Source: Solirubrobacteraceae bacterium
GTDB taxonomy: Bacteria; Actinomycetota; Thermoleophilia; Solirubrobacterales; Solirubrobacteraceae
Assembly (NCBI GenBank): GCA_017882375.1
Contig: JADGPP010000003.1
Coordinates: 9,961 to 73,960 of the forward strand
Length of the DNA stretch: 64,000 bases
Direction: 5' to 3'
Each line of letters begins with the position of its first letter. Position 1 is the first letter of the stretch. The notes under the pieces are model-generated. The model was not told the origin of the DNA. It saw only the letters and a list, made by a program, of their open reading frames with translations, and did no database searches. The translations under genes were made by a program, and so were the position numbers. This document shows, in pieces, positions 1 to 9,537 of this stretch.

Positions 1-438
1 CCTGCGCCGGTGCCGGCCGAAGCAGAGGACGAGGCGGAGAAGGTCGAGCAGACCTACGCCGTCGAGATCTCGGGCAAGCGCTTTGACGTGCGCGTCGTCG
101 GACCGCCGTTTGCCGGTGGCGGTGGCGGTGGCGGCGCGGCGAGCAACGGCGCCGCACCGGCGCCCAAACGCACCCAGCGCAAGTCCTCGGGCGGCGGTGG
201 TGGCGCCGACGTGCTGCCCTCGCCGCTGCAGGGCAACATGTGGAAGGTGCTCGTCAAGCAGGGGGACAAGGTGCAGGAAGGCCAGCTTCTGTGCATCATC
301 GAGGCGATGAAGATGGAGAACGAGATCACCGCGCACAAGGCCGGGACGATCGCCGAGCTGCCGATCGTCGAGGGCGAGCCGATTCAGGCGGGTGCGCCGA
401 TCGCGACGATCACCAGCGCCGCCGAGAGCGAGGGCTAG
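1..438 (+). CDS. C-terminal biotin carboxyl carrier domain of an acetyl/propionyl-CoA carboxylase subunit (5' end outside window)
   Basis: EAMKMENEI biotinylation motif, SPLQGNMWKVLVKQGDKV lipoyl/biotinyl fold, Gly/Ala/Pro linker; frame is open from base 1. Confidence 0.9.
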   Translation, partial: PAPVPAEAEDEAEKVEQTYAVEISGKRFDVRVVGPPFAGGGGGGGAASNGAAPAPKRTQRKSSGGGGGADVLPSPLQGNMWKVLVKQGDKVQEGQLLCIIEAMKMENEITAHKAGTIAELPIVEGEPIQAGAPIATITSAAESEG

Positions 439-1337
439 ACACGCGCTGCGTTCTGCGCGTGCAGCTCGCGCTGCACCTGCGAGCGTCGCTGCGCCGGCAG
501 CTCGGCCTGCGCGCCGTGCTCGCGCAGCGCGCGCAGGTAGGCCAGGTCCTCGTCGAGCACGCGCAGCGCGGTCGGACCGTCGATCACCGGTCCGTGACCG
601 GGCACGATGTGGGCGGCCACTTCGGCGAGCGGGCGCAGGCGCTCCAGCGTCGCCAGGTAGGCGTCAAGCGCTCCTCCCCCCTCGAGCGCTCCTCCCCCGC
701 CGGGCGCTTCTCCCCCCTCGAGCGCTCCTCCCCCGCCGGGCGCATCGTGCTCGCCGAGCACGGGTAGCTCGATCGGCGAGAGGTAGTCGCCGGCGACGAG
801 CACGCGTGCCCAGGGAATCCACACGGCCATGCCGTCTGGCGTGTGACCGGTGGCGGGATGCAGCTCGAGCTCGGCTTCGCCGATGCCGCAGCGCCCGGGA
901 ACGGCGAGCGCCTGGATCGATCCGAGCGACAGCGGGCGTCGGCGTTCGACGTGCAGTTCTTCGTCGAAGCGGCGCAGCGTGCGCTGCGCGGCGCCCGGCT
1001 CGGCCTGCAGGCGCGCCGCCGTGCTCTCGGCGCATCCGAGCGTCGCGTCGGCGAAGGCGAGTGGACCGAGCACGTGATCCCAGTCGCCGTGCGTGGCGAG
1101 CAGCCCGCGAGGGACGGGGAAGCCGGCCTGCTCGACGAGCGAGGGCAGCAGTTCGAGCTCTTCGGGCAGCACCGGCGAGTCGATCGCGAACGCCTCCGTC
1201 GGATCGCCTGGGGCGCCGGCGGCGGCCTCGCCGCCGTCATCCGGCCCGGCTGCTGGGCCGCGGACGATCGTGCAGTGCGCCTGAAACAGCTGGCTGGTCA
1301 CGACGATCACGTCGCGATGCAGCGAGACCGCTCGCAC
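435..1337 (-). CDS. MBL-fold metallo-hydrolase
   Basis: THGDWDH (HxHxDH-like), TGHTPDG, VAGDYL, VPGHG motifs; contains a 36-bp in-frame duplication (674-743). Confidence 0.85.
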   Translation of the reverse strand: MRAVSLHRDVIVVTSQLFQAHCTIVRGPAAGPDDGGEAAAGAPGDPTEAFAIDSPVLPEELELLPSLVEQAGFPVPRGLLATHGDWDHVLGPLAFADATLGCAESTAARLQAEPGAAQRTLRRFDEELHVERRRPLSLGSIQALAVPGRCGIGEAELELHPATGHTPDGMAVWIPWARVLVAGDYLSPIELPVLGEHDAPGGGGALEGGEAPGGGGALEGGGALDAYLATLERLRPLAEVAAHIVPGHGPVIDGPTALRVLDEDLAYLRALREHGAQAELPAQRRSQVQRELHAQNAARV

Positions 1338-1350
1338 GGGCGCGCTGGCC

Positions 1351-2031
1351 CTAGGAGACGCCGAGGAGCTTCGCGGCCTCTTTGAGGTTGGCGACCTCGG
1401 CCGTGGGCTTCTTCTGGGAGGAGTCGAGCGTCTCCTTGGTGCGGTTGACCCAGACGACGGGCACGCGCGCTTTGACGCACGGCGCCACGTCGTGGTAGTG
1501 GCTGGCGGCGACGTGCACCCAGCCGCGCTTGCCGCCGACGCGCCGGGCGCACTCGGTGAAGTGTGCCGGTTCGGGCTTGTAGGAGCGCACCTGCTGGGCG
1601 GTGACGACGAGGTCGAAGTCGGTGGGGATGTGCCGGCGCGTCTGCCCGAGCAGCTTGTCGTCGATGTTCGACAGCAGGCCGAGTTTGTATTTCTTGGCCA
1701 GCTTCTGCAGCTGCGTGTTGGTCTCCTTGAAGGGCTTCCAGCGCTGCACGGAGTCGGGCAGGAAGCCCGAGCGCGAGGGCTCCAGCTGCCACTCCAGGCG
1801 TTTGGCGATCTCGATCGCGGTGCGTCTGAGCACCTCGGCGTACAGCTCGTAGGAACCGCTCTCGATTTCCTGGGAGATCTCGTGAAACAGCGGGATCAGC
1901 ACGTTGCGGTCGATCTCGAACTCGTCGCGCTGGGCCTCTTTGGCGAACGCCTCGTAGATGCCGGTCTCCCAGTCGATCAGGGTTCCGTAGACATCGAATG
2001 TGACGAACGTGACGTTCTTTGGTATTGGCAT
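1351..2031 (-). CDS. HAD-family hydrolase (haloacid dehalogenase type II-like)
   Basis: FDVYGTLIDW motif I, LSNID motif II, YKPEP motif III; CATAAT 9 nt upstream of ATG. Confidence 0.88.
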   Translation of the reverse strand: MPIPKNVTFVTFDVYGTLIDWETGIYEAFAKEAQRDEFEIDRNVLIPLFHEISQEIESGSYELYAEVLRRTAIEIAKRLEWQLEPSRSGFLPDSVQRWKPFKETNTQLQKLAKKYKLGLLSNIDDKLLGQTRRHIPTDFDLVVTAQQVRSYKPEPAHFTECARRVGGKRGWVHVAASHYHDVAPCVKARVPVVWVNRTKETLDSSQKKPTAEVANLKEAAKLLGVS

Positions 2032-2103
2032 CGGGCGGGCATTATGCCGCGCCGGGGCTCCTGAGCGCGGTTACCCTGCTTTGCGTTAGAGTCCCGCGCC
2101 GCA

Positions 2104-3267
2104 ATGGATCTGTTGGAGTACCAAGGCAAGCAGCTGTTCGCCCGGCACGGATTGAAGGTCTCTCAGGGCTTGGCGGTGACCACGGTGGAGGACGCGCTGA
2201 TCGCCGCCGACGAGGTTGGCTACCCGGTCGTCGTCAAGGCCCAGGTGCTGATCGGCGGCCGCGGCAAGGCCGGTGGCGTGAAGCTTGCGGCGAACGAGAG
2301 CGAGGCGCGCGAGCACGCCGGCAACATCCTCGGGATGGACATCAAGGGACACACCGTGCGCACGGTGTGGATCGAGCACGCGTCGGACATCGCGTCGGAG
2401 TACTACGCATCGGTGCTGCTCGACCGCTCGGCCAAGCAGCCGCTGGTGATGTTCAGCGTCGAGGGCGGCGTGGACATCGAAGAGGTCGCCGAGCGCACGC
2501 CAGAGAAGCTGATCCGCCACCACGTCGACGCGTTGGCGGGCCTGTCGCACGACGAGGGCGTGCAGATCGCCCGTGACGGCGGCGCCGACGACGATGTGGT
2601 CGACGGTGTCGCCGACGCGCTCGTGGCGCTGTATGAGGTGTGGCTGGAGGAGGACGCGACGCTTGCGGAGATCAACCCGCTGATCGTCACGCCGGAGCGC
2701 GAAGTCAAGGCGCTTGACTCGAAGGTCTCGCTGGACGGCAACGCGCTGTACCGCCATCCGGAGAACCAGTCGCTCTCTGACAAGGAGAACGAAGACCCGC
2801 TGGAACGCCGCGCCAAGGAAGAGGGCCTGCAGTTCGTCAAGCTCGACGGCGACATCGGCATCCTCGGCAACGGCGCGGGCCTGGTGATGTCGACGCTCGA
2901 CGTCGTCTCGCACGCCGGCGGCGCGCCGGCGAACTTCCTCGACGCTGGCGGGGGCTCCAACGCGGAGACGATCAAGCAGGCCGTCGACCTGATCCTCGCC
3001 AACGAGGCGGTCAAAGCCGTCCTCGTGAACATCTTCGCGGGGATCACGCGCTGCGACGAGGTCGCACTGGGCCTGATCGCGGCGTTCGGCGAGATCAAGC
3101 CGTCGGTGCCGTTCGTGGTGCGCCTGGACGGGACCAACGACGTCGAGGGCCGCCGGCTGCTCGGCGAGGCGGCGCTGCCAAACGTGCATTCCGCGAAGAC
3201 GATGAACGAGGCCGCGGAGATGGTCGTCGCGCTGGCCGCGGGCCAGTCGGTCGGGGCGGTGGCCTGA
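2104..3267 (+). CDS. sucC: Succinyl-CoA ligase (ADP-forming) beta subunit
   Basis: [54 protein letters not shown]. Confidence 0.97.
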   Translation: MDLLEYQGKQLFARHGLKVSQGLAVTTVEDALIAADEVGYPVVVKAQVLIGGRGKAGGVKLAANESEAREHAGNILGMDIKGHTVRTVWIEHASDIASEYYASVLLDRSAKQPLVMFSVEGGVDIEEVAERTPEKLIRHHVDALAGLSHDEGVQIARDGGADDDVVDGVADALVALYEVWLEEDATLAEINPLIVTPEREVKALDSKVSLDGNALYRHPENQSLSDKENEDPLERRAKEEGLQFVKLDGDIGILGNGAGLVMSTLDVVSHAGGAPANFLDAGGGSNAETIKQAVDLILANEAVKAVLVNIFAGITRCDEVALGLIAAFGEIKPSVPFVVRLDGTNDVEGRRLLGEAALPNVHSAKTMNEAAEMVVALAAGQSVGAVA

Positions 3268-4181
3268 TGTCGGTCCTCATCGACGAGAGCACGCGCCTGT
3301 GCGTGGCCGGCATCACCGGGCGCGAGGGCACGTTTCACACGCTGAACAACCGCAACTACGGCACGAACGTCGTCGGCGGCGTCACGCCGGGCAAGGGCGG
3401 CCAGGACGTCGAGGGCATCCCGGTGTTCGACAGCTGGGCCGACGCGGTGTCGCAGGTGCAGCCGAACACGGCGATGATCTTCGTCCCGCCGCGCTTCGCC
3501 GCCGACGCGATCCTCGAGGCGGCGGCCGCGGGCGTGGAGCTCGTGGTCGCGATCACCGAGGGCATCCCCGCGCACGACGAGCTGCGCGTCTACAACACGC
3601 TCAAGCGCGACGGGCACACAGCCGGAACGGCTGGGTCGGGCACGCGGCTGATCGGGCCGAACTGTCCGGGCATCCTCTCGCCGGGCAAGGCCAACGTGGG
3701 GATCATCCCGGCGTCGTTCTTCAAGCAGGGCAACGTCGGCGTGGTGTCGCGCTCGGGCACGCTGACTTACCAGATCGGCAACGAGATCGCGCGCGCCGGC
3801 TTCGGCTGCAGCTCGATCGTCGGCATCGGCGGCGACCCCGTGCCGGGCTCATCGTTCGTCGACGTGCTCGAGTTGTTCGAGGCCGACGACGACACCGAGC
3901 TGGTCGTTCTGTCGGGCGAGATCGGCGGCTCGGCCGAGGAGGAGGCGGCCGAGTACATCGCCGAGAACATGAGCAAGCCGGTGGTTGCCTACATCGCCGG
4001 CTTCACCGCGCCGGCGGGCAAGCAGATGGGCCACGCAGGGGCGATCGTCTCGGGCTCGTCGGGCACGGCCGCGGCGAAGGCGCAGGCGCTTGAAGCGAAG
4101 GGCGTGCGCGTCGGACGCACCCCGACCGAAGCCGCGGCGATCGCCGTCGAGGTCCTCGGCGGCGCATCCGTCAGCGCCTGA
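3267..4181 (+). CDS. sucD: Succinyl-CoA ligase alpha subunit
   Basis: [36 protein letters not shown] phospho-His motif; TGATG coupling to sucC. Confidence 0.97.
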   Translation: MSVLIDESTRLCVAGITGREGTFHTLNNRNYGTNVVGGVTPGKGGQDVEGIPVFDSWADAVSQVQPNTAMIFVPPRFAADAILEAAAAGVELVVAITEGIPAHDELRVYNTLKRDGHTAGTAGSGTRLIGPNCPGILSPGKANVGIIPASFFKQGNVGVVSRSGTLTYQIGNEIARAGFGCSSIVGIGGDPVPGSSFVDVLELFEADDDTELVVLSGEIGGSAEEEAAEYIAENMSKPVVAYIAGFTAPAGKQMGHAGAIVSGSSGTAAAKAQALEAKGVRVGRTPTEAAAIAVEVLGGASVSA

Positions 4182-4307
4182 GAGCGCCCGTTGCGCCGCT
4201 CGGCGCCGCCCCGTGGTGTCGCATCGGCTGACCGATAGCGCGGCCACGCGCACGCGTCCGCTCGCCCCCGTGGCCGCGCGGCGCCCCGACCGCTACGCTT
4301 GGCGCTC

Positions 4308-5966
4308 GTGGATAAGGAGATCGCGAACACGCTTGGTGAGCTCGAGCGCAAGCTGCGTGAGCTCGAACGCGTCCTCAGCGGGATCAGCGACGGCGACGGA
4401 CGTCCGGGCGGCGAAGAGCGACACGCCGCCAGCGCGGTCTCGGCCGCGCTCGCCGAGCCGCCGGGCGCGAGCAGGGTGATCGACGAGGCGGTCGATCGCG
4501 CACCGCTCGCCACGGCGGCCGCCGGCGAGCCGTACGCGGGCTGGGAGAGAGACGCGCGCGTGCACCCCGGCGCCGGCACCGGCGCGGAGGCCGGGCCCGC
4601 CGGGTATGTCGGCTGGAGCGCGGGCGGACGCCGGGCGACCGACGTCACCCCCGCCGCCGACGCCGTCACCCACGCCGCCGACGCCGTCGCGGAGGACCGC
4701 GGCGCGGTCGTGCAGGAGCCGGCCAGGAGACCGGCGCGCAGGCCGCCGCCGGTGGCCGACCAGACGCCGAGCGCAGCGGAGCTGCTGCGCTTTCGCGACC
4801 ACCTGGAGCGCACGGCGCGCGAGCTGACCCACGACTACGACGAGCTGCTCGGACGCATAACCTACGCGGCCGTGCCCACTCCGACCGGACCGACGATCTC
4901 CTTCGCGCGCGGCGCGCCTTCGCTGGACATAGTGGACGTGCAGGGCCTGCGCGATGCGGCCGACCGTGCGTTTGAGAGCGACCCGGCCGGGACGACGGCG
5001 TACGGCACGTCGATCGGCTACCCGCGCCTGCGCGCGTGGATCGCCGACCGCCATGGCGTGGAGCCCGAGCGCGTGCTCGTGACGAACGGATCGATGCAGG
5101 CGGACGCGTTCCTGTTCGAGCACCTCGTGCGCCCGGGCGACGACGTCGTGGTCGAGCGTCCATCCTATGACCGCACGCTGCTGTCGCTGCGCGAGCGCGG
5201 GGCGAACCTGCACGCGGTCGAGCTGGAGCCGGATGGGATCGACACGCAGGCGCTGTCGCGGCTGCTCGCCTCGGGCCAGGCGCGCCCGAAGCTCGCGCAC
5301 ATCATCCCGAACTTCCAGAACCCGGCCGGCTACACGCTCTCGCTGGCCAAGCGCCAGGGGCTGCTGGCGCTGGCGGCGCAGTACGGCTTCCTCGTGTTCG
5401 AGGACGACCCGTACGTGGCGCTGCGCTTCAGCGGCGAGTCGATGCCGACGATGCTCTCGATGGACCCCGAGCGCGTGGTGTACGCGTCGTCGTTCTCAAA
5501 GACCGTCTGCCCGGGGATCCGCGTCGGCTATCTGGTCGGCCCGCCGGACTTGATCGAGGCGATCGCGCGGCTGGCGACGAACACGTACATCTCGCCGAAC
5601 ATGGTCGCGCAGTCGATCGTCTACGAGTTCTGCGCGTCGGGGGCGATCGAGCGCTCGATCGAGACCGTCCGCACGGCGCTGGCAAAGCGCGCGCTGACGC
5701 TCGCCGAAGCGCTGCGCCGCGAGCTGCCCGAGGCCGAGTTCGTCGCGCCCGAGGGCGGCTACTTCATGTGGGTCACGTTTCCCCCCGGCACCGACGTCGC
5801 CCGTCTGCACGACGTGGCGGCGGAACTCGGCGTGGCATTCGTCAAGGGCACCGACTTCTTGCTGGAGGGCGGCGAGAACACGCTGCGCCTGGCCTTCTCG
5901 GGCGTGACGACCGAGCAGATCGACGAGGGCGTCACGCGTCTCGCCACCGCCTACCGCTCGCTCTAG
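4308..5966 (+). CDS. PLP-dependent class I/II aminotransferase (LysN/ARO8-like) with a ~190-aa N-terminal extension
   Basis: SFARGAP, YGTSIGYPRLR, PNFQNPAG, EDDPY, SFSKTVCPGIRVG, LRLAFS; start set at GTG 4308 from TACGCT 8 nt upstream; alternative internal GTG at 4872. Confidence 0.85.
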   Translation: MDKEIANTLGELERKLRELERVLSGISDGDGRPGGEERHAASAVSAALAEPPGASRVIDEAVDRAPLATAAAGEPYAGWERDARVHPGAGTGAEAGPAGYVGWSAGGRRATDVTPAADAVTHAADAVAEDRGAVVQEPARRPARRPPPVADQTPSAAELLRFRDHLERTARELTHDYDELLGRITYAAVPTPTGPTISFARGAPSLDIVDVQGLRDAADRAFESDPAGTTAYGTSIGYPRLRAWIADRHGVEPERVLVTNGSMQADAFLFEHLVRPGDDVVVERPSYDRTLLSLRERGANLHAVELEPDGIDTQALSRLLASGQARPKLAHIIPNFQNPAGYTLSLAKRQGLLALAAQYGFLVFEDDPYVALRFSGESMPTMLSMDPERVVYASSFSKTVCPGIRVGYLVGPPDLIEAIARLATNTYISPNMVAQSIVYEFCASGAIERSIETVRTALAKRALTLAEALRRELPEAEFVAPEGGYFMWVTFPPGTDVARLHDVAAELGVAFVKGTDFLLEGGENTLRLAFSGVTTEQIDEGVTRLATAYRSL

Positions 5967-6140
5967 CGGCTGACGCCTTGTCGATCAGTGCGTGGGGGGA
6001 AGAGGTCACGCTGACGCATCCCTCGTGCAAGTGCTCCGGTTGCGGCTGATCTGCCAGACGAGCGACGGGGCGATCTACGCGCTGTCGCAGCCGGCCGCCT
6101 GATCGAGCGTTCCCTGCGTCCTCGTGTACTCGACGTCTCG

Positions 6141-6854
6141 TCAGCGACCGTAACGCTGGCCGAGCACCAGCTGATCCGGAAGCGCCGTTCGCTCCTTTTT
6201 TAATGATACGGCGACCACCGAGACGGTCTCGGCGACGCTTGCGGTGACGACGCAGCGGCTGCCGTCGGCGGTTTGGACGACGACCTGCTCGTCGTCGCGC
6301 TCGACCAGCTCGCCGTCGAGCCCGGGCTCAAGGCCCGAGCCCTTGAGGTAGTGCAGCAGGTCCTCGGCCTCGTTCTCGAAGCGCAGCACGCGCACGGCGG
6401 CGCCAACCTCGACGTCGGCGAGCGGCACGCCGCCCAGGCGCGCGCCGGCGACGATCGGGTGGCCGTGAGGGCAGGTCTTGGCGTCGCCGATCGCCGATCG
6501 CATGCGCTCCTCGAGCACCGGCGACATCGCGTGCTCCAGGCGCTCGGCCTCCTCGTGCACCTCGTCCCATGGCACGCCGAGCACGTCGGTGAGGAAGCGC
6601 TCGATCAGGCGGTGGCGGCGGACGATCTCCTCGGCGTGCGTGGCTCCCGATGAGGTGAAGGCGATCGTGCGGTCCTTGTCGCGCGTGATGTAGCCGTCGT
6701 GCTCGAGCCGCCCGACCATCTCGTGGACGGTCGGCGGCGACAGCTGCATCGCGCGCGCAACGTTGGCGCCGGTCATCGGCAAGCCCGCCTCCTGCAGCCA
6801 GAACAGGCTCTGCAGGTACTCCTCCTCGGCGACCGTCGCGGTGTCGCTGCTCAT
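6141..6854 (-). CDS. DtxR/MntR/IdeR-family metal-dependent repressor with C-terminal FeoA/SH3 domain
   Basis: EEYLQSL, SPPTVHEMVGRL HTH, RRHRLIERFL, HEEAERLEHA, CPHGHPI. Confidence 0.93.
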   Translation of the reverse strand: MSSDTATVAEEEYLQSLFWLQEAGLPMTGANVARAMQLSPPTVHEMVGRLEHDGYITRDKDRTIAFTSSGATHAEEIVRRHRLIERFLTDVLGVPWDEVHEEAERLEHAMSPVLEERMRSAIGDAKTCPHGHPIVAGARLGGVPLADVEVGAAVRVLRFENEAEDLLHYLKGSGLEPGLDGELVERDDEQVVVQTADGSRCVVTASVAETVSVVAVSLKKERTALPDQLVLGQRYGR

Positions 6855-6893
6855 GGCAGTGATCCTAGACCACGCCCGGCGCCGGCCTGCCTA

Positions 6894-7856
6894 TCAGGAG
6901 TAGAGCTGATCGAAGGTGCACTCGCGCGCGTTCTTGTCCTCGCGCCAGCGCCGCAGCTTTGCTCCGTGGCGGATGCGCCCGGCGGACACGTGGTCGAAAT
7001 CGATCTCGACGACGAGCTCGGGGCGCAGCCCGATCCACTGCAGGTCCTTGCCGGCGCTCCAGCGACTGGGGTCGGCCGAGCCGCGCTCGCCGGACTCGTA
7101 GTCGGCGAGAAAACCGGGCAGGCGCCGCTTCTCGGCGGCGGACAGCCCGGAGCAATGGCCGACCACGCGCAGCTCGCCGTCATCGGCGTACAACCCGAGG
7201 ATCAGCGCGCCGACGCTGCCCGGCTCCTTGCCCGGACGCCAGCCGACGAGGACGGCGTCGATCGTGCGCACGCGCTTGACCTTGGCCATTCCCTTGCGCT
7301 CCCCCGGCCGGTAGGGGGCGCAGCGATCCTTGGCGATCGCGCCCTCGGCGCTCTGCAGCCATCGCTGCGCGCCCTCGGCGGTCTGCGCCGTCTGCATCAG
7401 CTCGACCGGAGCGCCCTTGAACTGCTTGCCCGCGAGCAGCTTCTCCAGCGCGACGCGACGCTCGGCGAAGGGCAGCGCCAGCAGCGAGCTGTCGTCGCGG
7501 GCGAGCAGGTCGAACGCCACGTACACGGCCGGTGTCTCGGCGGCGAGGCGTTCGATGCGCGAGGCGGCCGGGTGAATGCGCTGACCGAGCGCGTCGAAGT
7601 CCTCGCGCCCGTCGCCATCGCGCACGACGATCTCACCGTCGAGCACGTAGCGCCCTGCGGGAAGGGCCAGCTCAGGGAAGTAGCGTCCGAGCGGCTTGCC
7701 GTTTCGCGACTGCAGGAAGATCTCCTCGCCGTCGACGAACGCCAGGCAGCGAAAGCCGTCGAGCTTGACCTCGTAGACGTACTCGTCACCGCTCGGCAGC
7801 TCCTTGCGCGACAGCGCCAGCTGCGGCTTGAGCGGCGGCTGAATCGGCAGCGTCAC
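6894..7856 (-). CDS. ligC: ATP-dependent DNA ligase (LigC type)
   Basis: YEVKLDGFR (KxDG), LDGEIV, FDLL, EGAIAK, KVKRVRTIDAV, C-terminal DHVSAGRIRHG OB domain. Confidence 0.85.
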   Translation of the reverse strand: MTLPIQPPLKPQLALSRKELPSGDEYVYEVKLDGFRCLAFVDGEEIFLQSRNGKPLGRYFPELALPAGRYVLDGEIVVRDGDGREDFDALGQRIHPAASRIERLAAETPAVYVAFDLLARDDSSLLALPFAERRVALEKLLAGKQFKGAPVELMQTAQTAEGAQRWLQSAEGAIAKDRCAPYRPGERKGMAKVKRVRTIDAVLVGWRPGKEPGSVGALILGLYADDGELRVVGHCSGLSAAEKRRLPGFLADYESGERGSADPSRWSAGKDLQWIGLRPELVVEIDFDHVSAGRIRHGAKLRRWREDKNARECTFDQLYS

Positions 7857-8881
7857 GACTGCTGCGCCTTGGGCTTGCGCGCGCGGCTGGGCTGCACGCG
7901 CTTGGCCTCACCTTTCTGCTTGGCAAAGTGCGGCGGCCACGGCGCGTCGCCGAGCCCCTCGCGCTCATCGCGCGCGGCGAGCTCGAGCAGCGAGTCCAGC
8001 CGCCCGGGGCTGTCGTCGATGCCCGCCGACGGGTCGCCGCGTTCGCGCAGGCGCGCCGGCACGGTCTGCATGGTCAGCTCGGCCGGCTCGACGTCGGCGA
8101 CCTCGTCCCACTCCAGCGGGCACGACACGCGCGCGTCGGGCACCGCGCGCACTGAATACGCCGACGCGACGGTGCGGTCGCGCGCGTTCTGGTTGTAGTC
8201 GATGAACACGCCCTCGCGTTCCTCCTTCCACCAGCGGCTGGTCGCGCGACCGGGCATGCGCCGCTCGACCTCGCGCGCCAGCGCGAGCGCGGCCGTGCGC
8301 ACCTGCAGGAAGTCGTGATCTGCCTCCAGACGTACGTACACGTGGATGCCGCGCGATCCAGACGTCTTGGGAAAGCCGAGCAGCCTGTGCTCGTCGAGCA
8401 CCTCGTGCACCCCGAGCGCGACCTCGCGCACCTCCGCGAAGGGCACGTCGGGCTGAGGATCGAGATCGACGCGCAGCTCGTCGGGATGGTCGAGGTCGGC
8501 GCGGCGCACCGGCCAGGGGTTCCAGTCGATCACGCCGAGGTTCACGCCCCACACCAGATGCGCGGCATCGTTGGGCACGAGCTCGCGCGCGTGGCGTCCG
8601 CTGGGGAAGGTGACGGTCGCCGTCTGCAGCCACTCGGGCGCGCTGTCGGGCACGCGCTTCTGAAAGAACGGCTCGCCCTGCACGCCGTCCACCCAGCGCT
8701 TCATCACCGTCGGGCGCTCGCGCAGGCCGCGCACGACAGCCTCCTGGCACTCGACGTAGTAGTCGACGAGATCGAGCTTCGTCAGCTTGCGCTCGGGGAA
8801 GAACAGCTTGCCGGGGTTGCTCACGCGCAGCTCGTGGCCGCAGACGTCGACGGTGGCGGGCTCAGCCTTCTTCGCAGCCAT
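7853..8881 (-). CDS. LigD-type primase-polymerase (AEP; Prim-PolC-like)
   Basis: RVSNPGKLFFP, FFQKRVP, DHPDELRVDLDP, KTSGSRGIHVYV, FIDYNQNARDRTVASAYSVR; 4-nt overlap with ligC. Confidence 0.9.
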   Translation of the reverse strand: MAAKKAEPATVDVCGHELRVSNPGKLFFPERKLTKLDLVDYYVECQEAVVRGLRERPTVMKRWVDGVQGEPFFQKRVPDSAPEWLQTATVTFPSGRHARELVPNDAAHLVWGVNLGVIDWNPWPVRRADLDHPDELRVDLDPQPDVPFAEVREVALGVHEVLDEHRLLGFPKTSGSRGIHVYVRLEADHDFLQVRTAALALAREVERRMPGRATSRWWKEEREGVFIDYNQNARDRTVASAYSVRAVPDARVSCPLEWDEVADVEPAELTMQTVPARLRERGDPSAGIDDSPGRLDSLLELAARDEREGLGDAPWPPHFAKQKGEAKRVQPSRARKPKAQQS

Positions 8882-8901
8882 TGCTGGAAGGATGCCCGAT
8901 C

Positions 8902-9345
8902 GTGCTCCCGCGAACACTGCTCATTGCCGCACGCGCGTTCAACGAGCGACTGAGCGCGCAAACGGTCGCAGCCGCGGTCGCGCGCGGGCTGGCCGACGGC
9001 GGGTGGCAGGTCGATCTGTGCCCGATCGACGGGCAGGAGCAGGGCGCAGGTCCGTCGAACGAAGTGCGCGAGCTGCTCGGCGCACTGGAGTTCGACGCGC
9101 GCATGCGCAGCGCACGCGCGCTGATCGTCTGCGAAGCGCGCTTGCACGAGGACACGCTCGCGGGCAGCGTCGCGTTCGAGATCGCCACGCGGGCACGTCA
9201 GGCGGGAGTGCCGTCGTACGCGGTCACGTCGGAAAACCGCCTGGACTCCTTCGACGCGCGCATCCTCGACCTGCAGGCGATCGTCGAGGCCAACAGCGTG
9301 CGATCTCTGCGCACAGCCGGGCGCAAGCTCGCCGGCCTGGTGTGA
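8902..9345 (+). CDS. Short glycerate-kinase-like protein (only N- and C-terminal segments, degenerate motifs)
   Basis: LLIAARAFNERLSAQTVAAAVARGL resembles the glycerate kinase N-terminus; ALIVCEARLHEDTLAGS...RARQAGVPSYAV resembles its C-terminal domain; start uncertain. Confidence 0.55.
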   Translation: MLPRTLLIAARAFNERLSAQTVAAAVARGLADGGWQVDLCPIDGQEQGAGPSNEVRELLGALEFDARMRSARALIVCEARLHEDTLAGSVAFEIATRARQAGVPSYAVTSENRLDSFDARILDLQAIVEANSVRSLRTAGRKLAGLV

Positions 9346-9353
9346 GGCCGGCC

Positions 9354-9452
9354 GGCCGGCGCAGGCGTCAGCGACGACAACCGGGCACCGCGGCCGGTCG
9401 GGTTGGTGTGACGCGGGCCGGCGCAGGCGTCAGCGCTGACAGCCCGGGCACC
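9354..9452. repeat. Two imperfect ~36-bp direct repeats between convergent genes
   Basis: GGCCGGCGCAGGCGTCAGCG...CCGGGCACC at 9354-9389 and 9416-9452. Confidence 0.7.
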
Positions 9453-9537
9453 AGTTCTGCTCGGGCACGCGGTCCTGCAGCACCGCACGGATGCGTCGCG
9501 CCGCATGATGGATCGTGTCGCCCTCGGGCATCGCCGC

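Noticed and set aside
435-438. Convergent genes sharing overlapping stop codons (also 35720-35723)
   Set aside because: Common in compact high-GC genomes; not a distinct system.
5990-6112. Short plus-strand ORF ending QTSDGAIYALSQPAA, resembling a PQQ/beta-propeller end
   Set aside because: Only about 25-37 codons, no clear start signal, and the similarity is a few residues.
9354-9452. Mini-CRISPR
   Set aside because: Only two imperfect repeats, no AT-rich leader, no cas genes.
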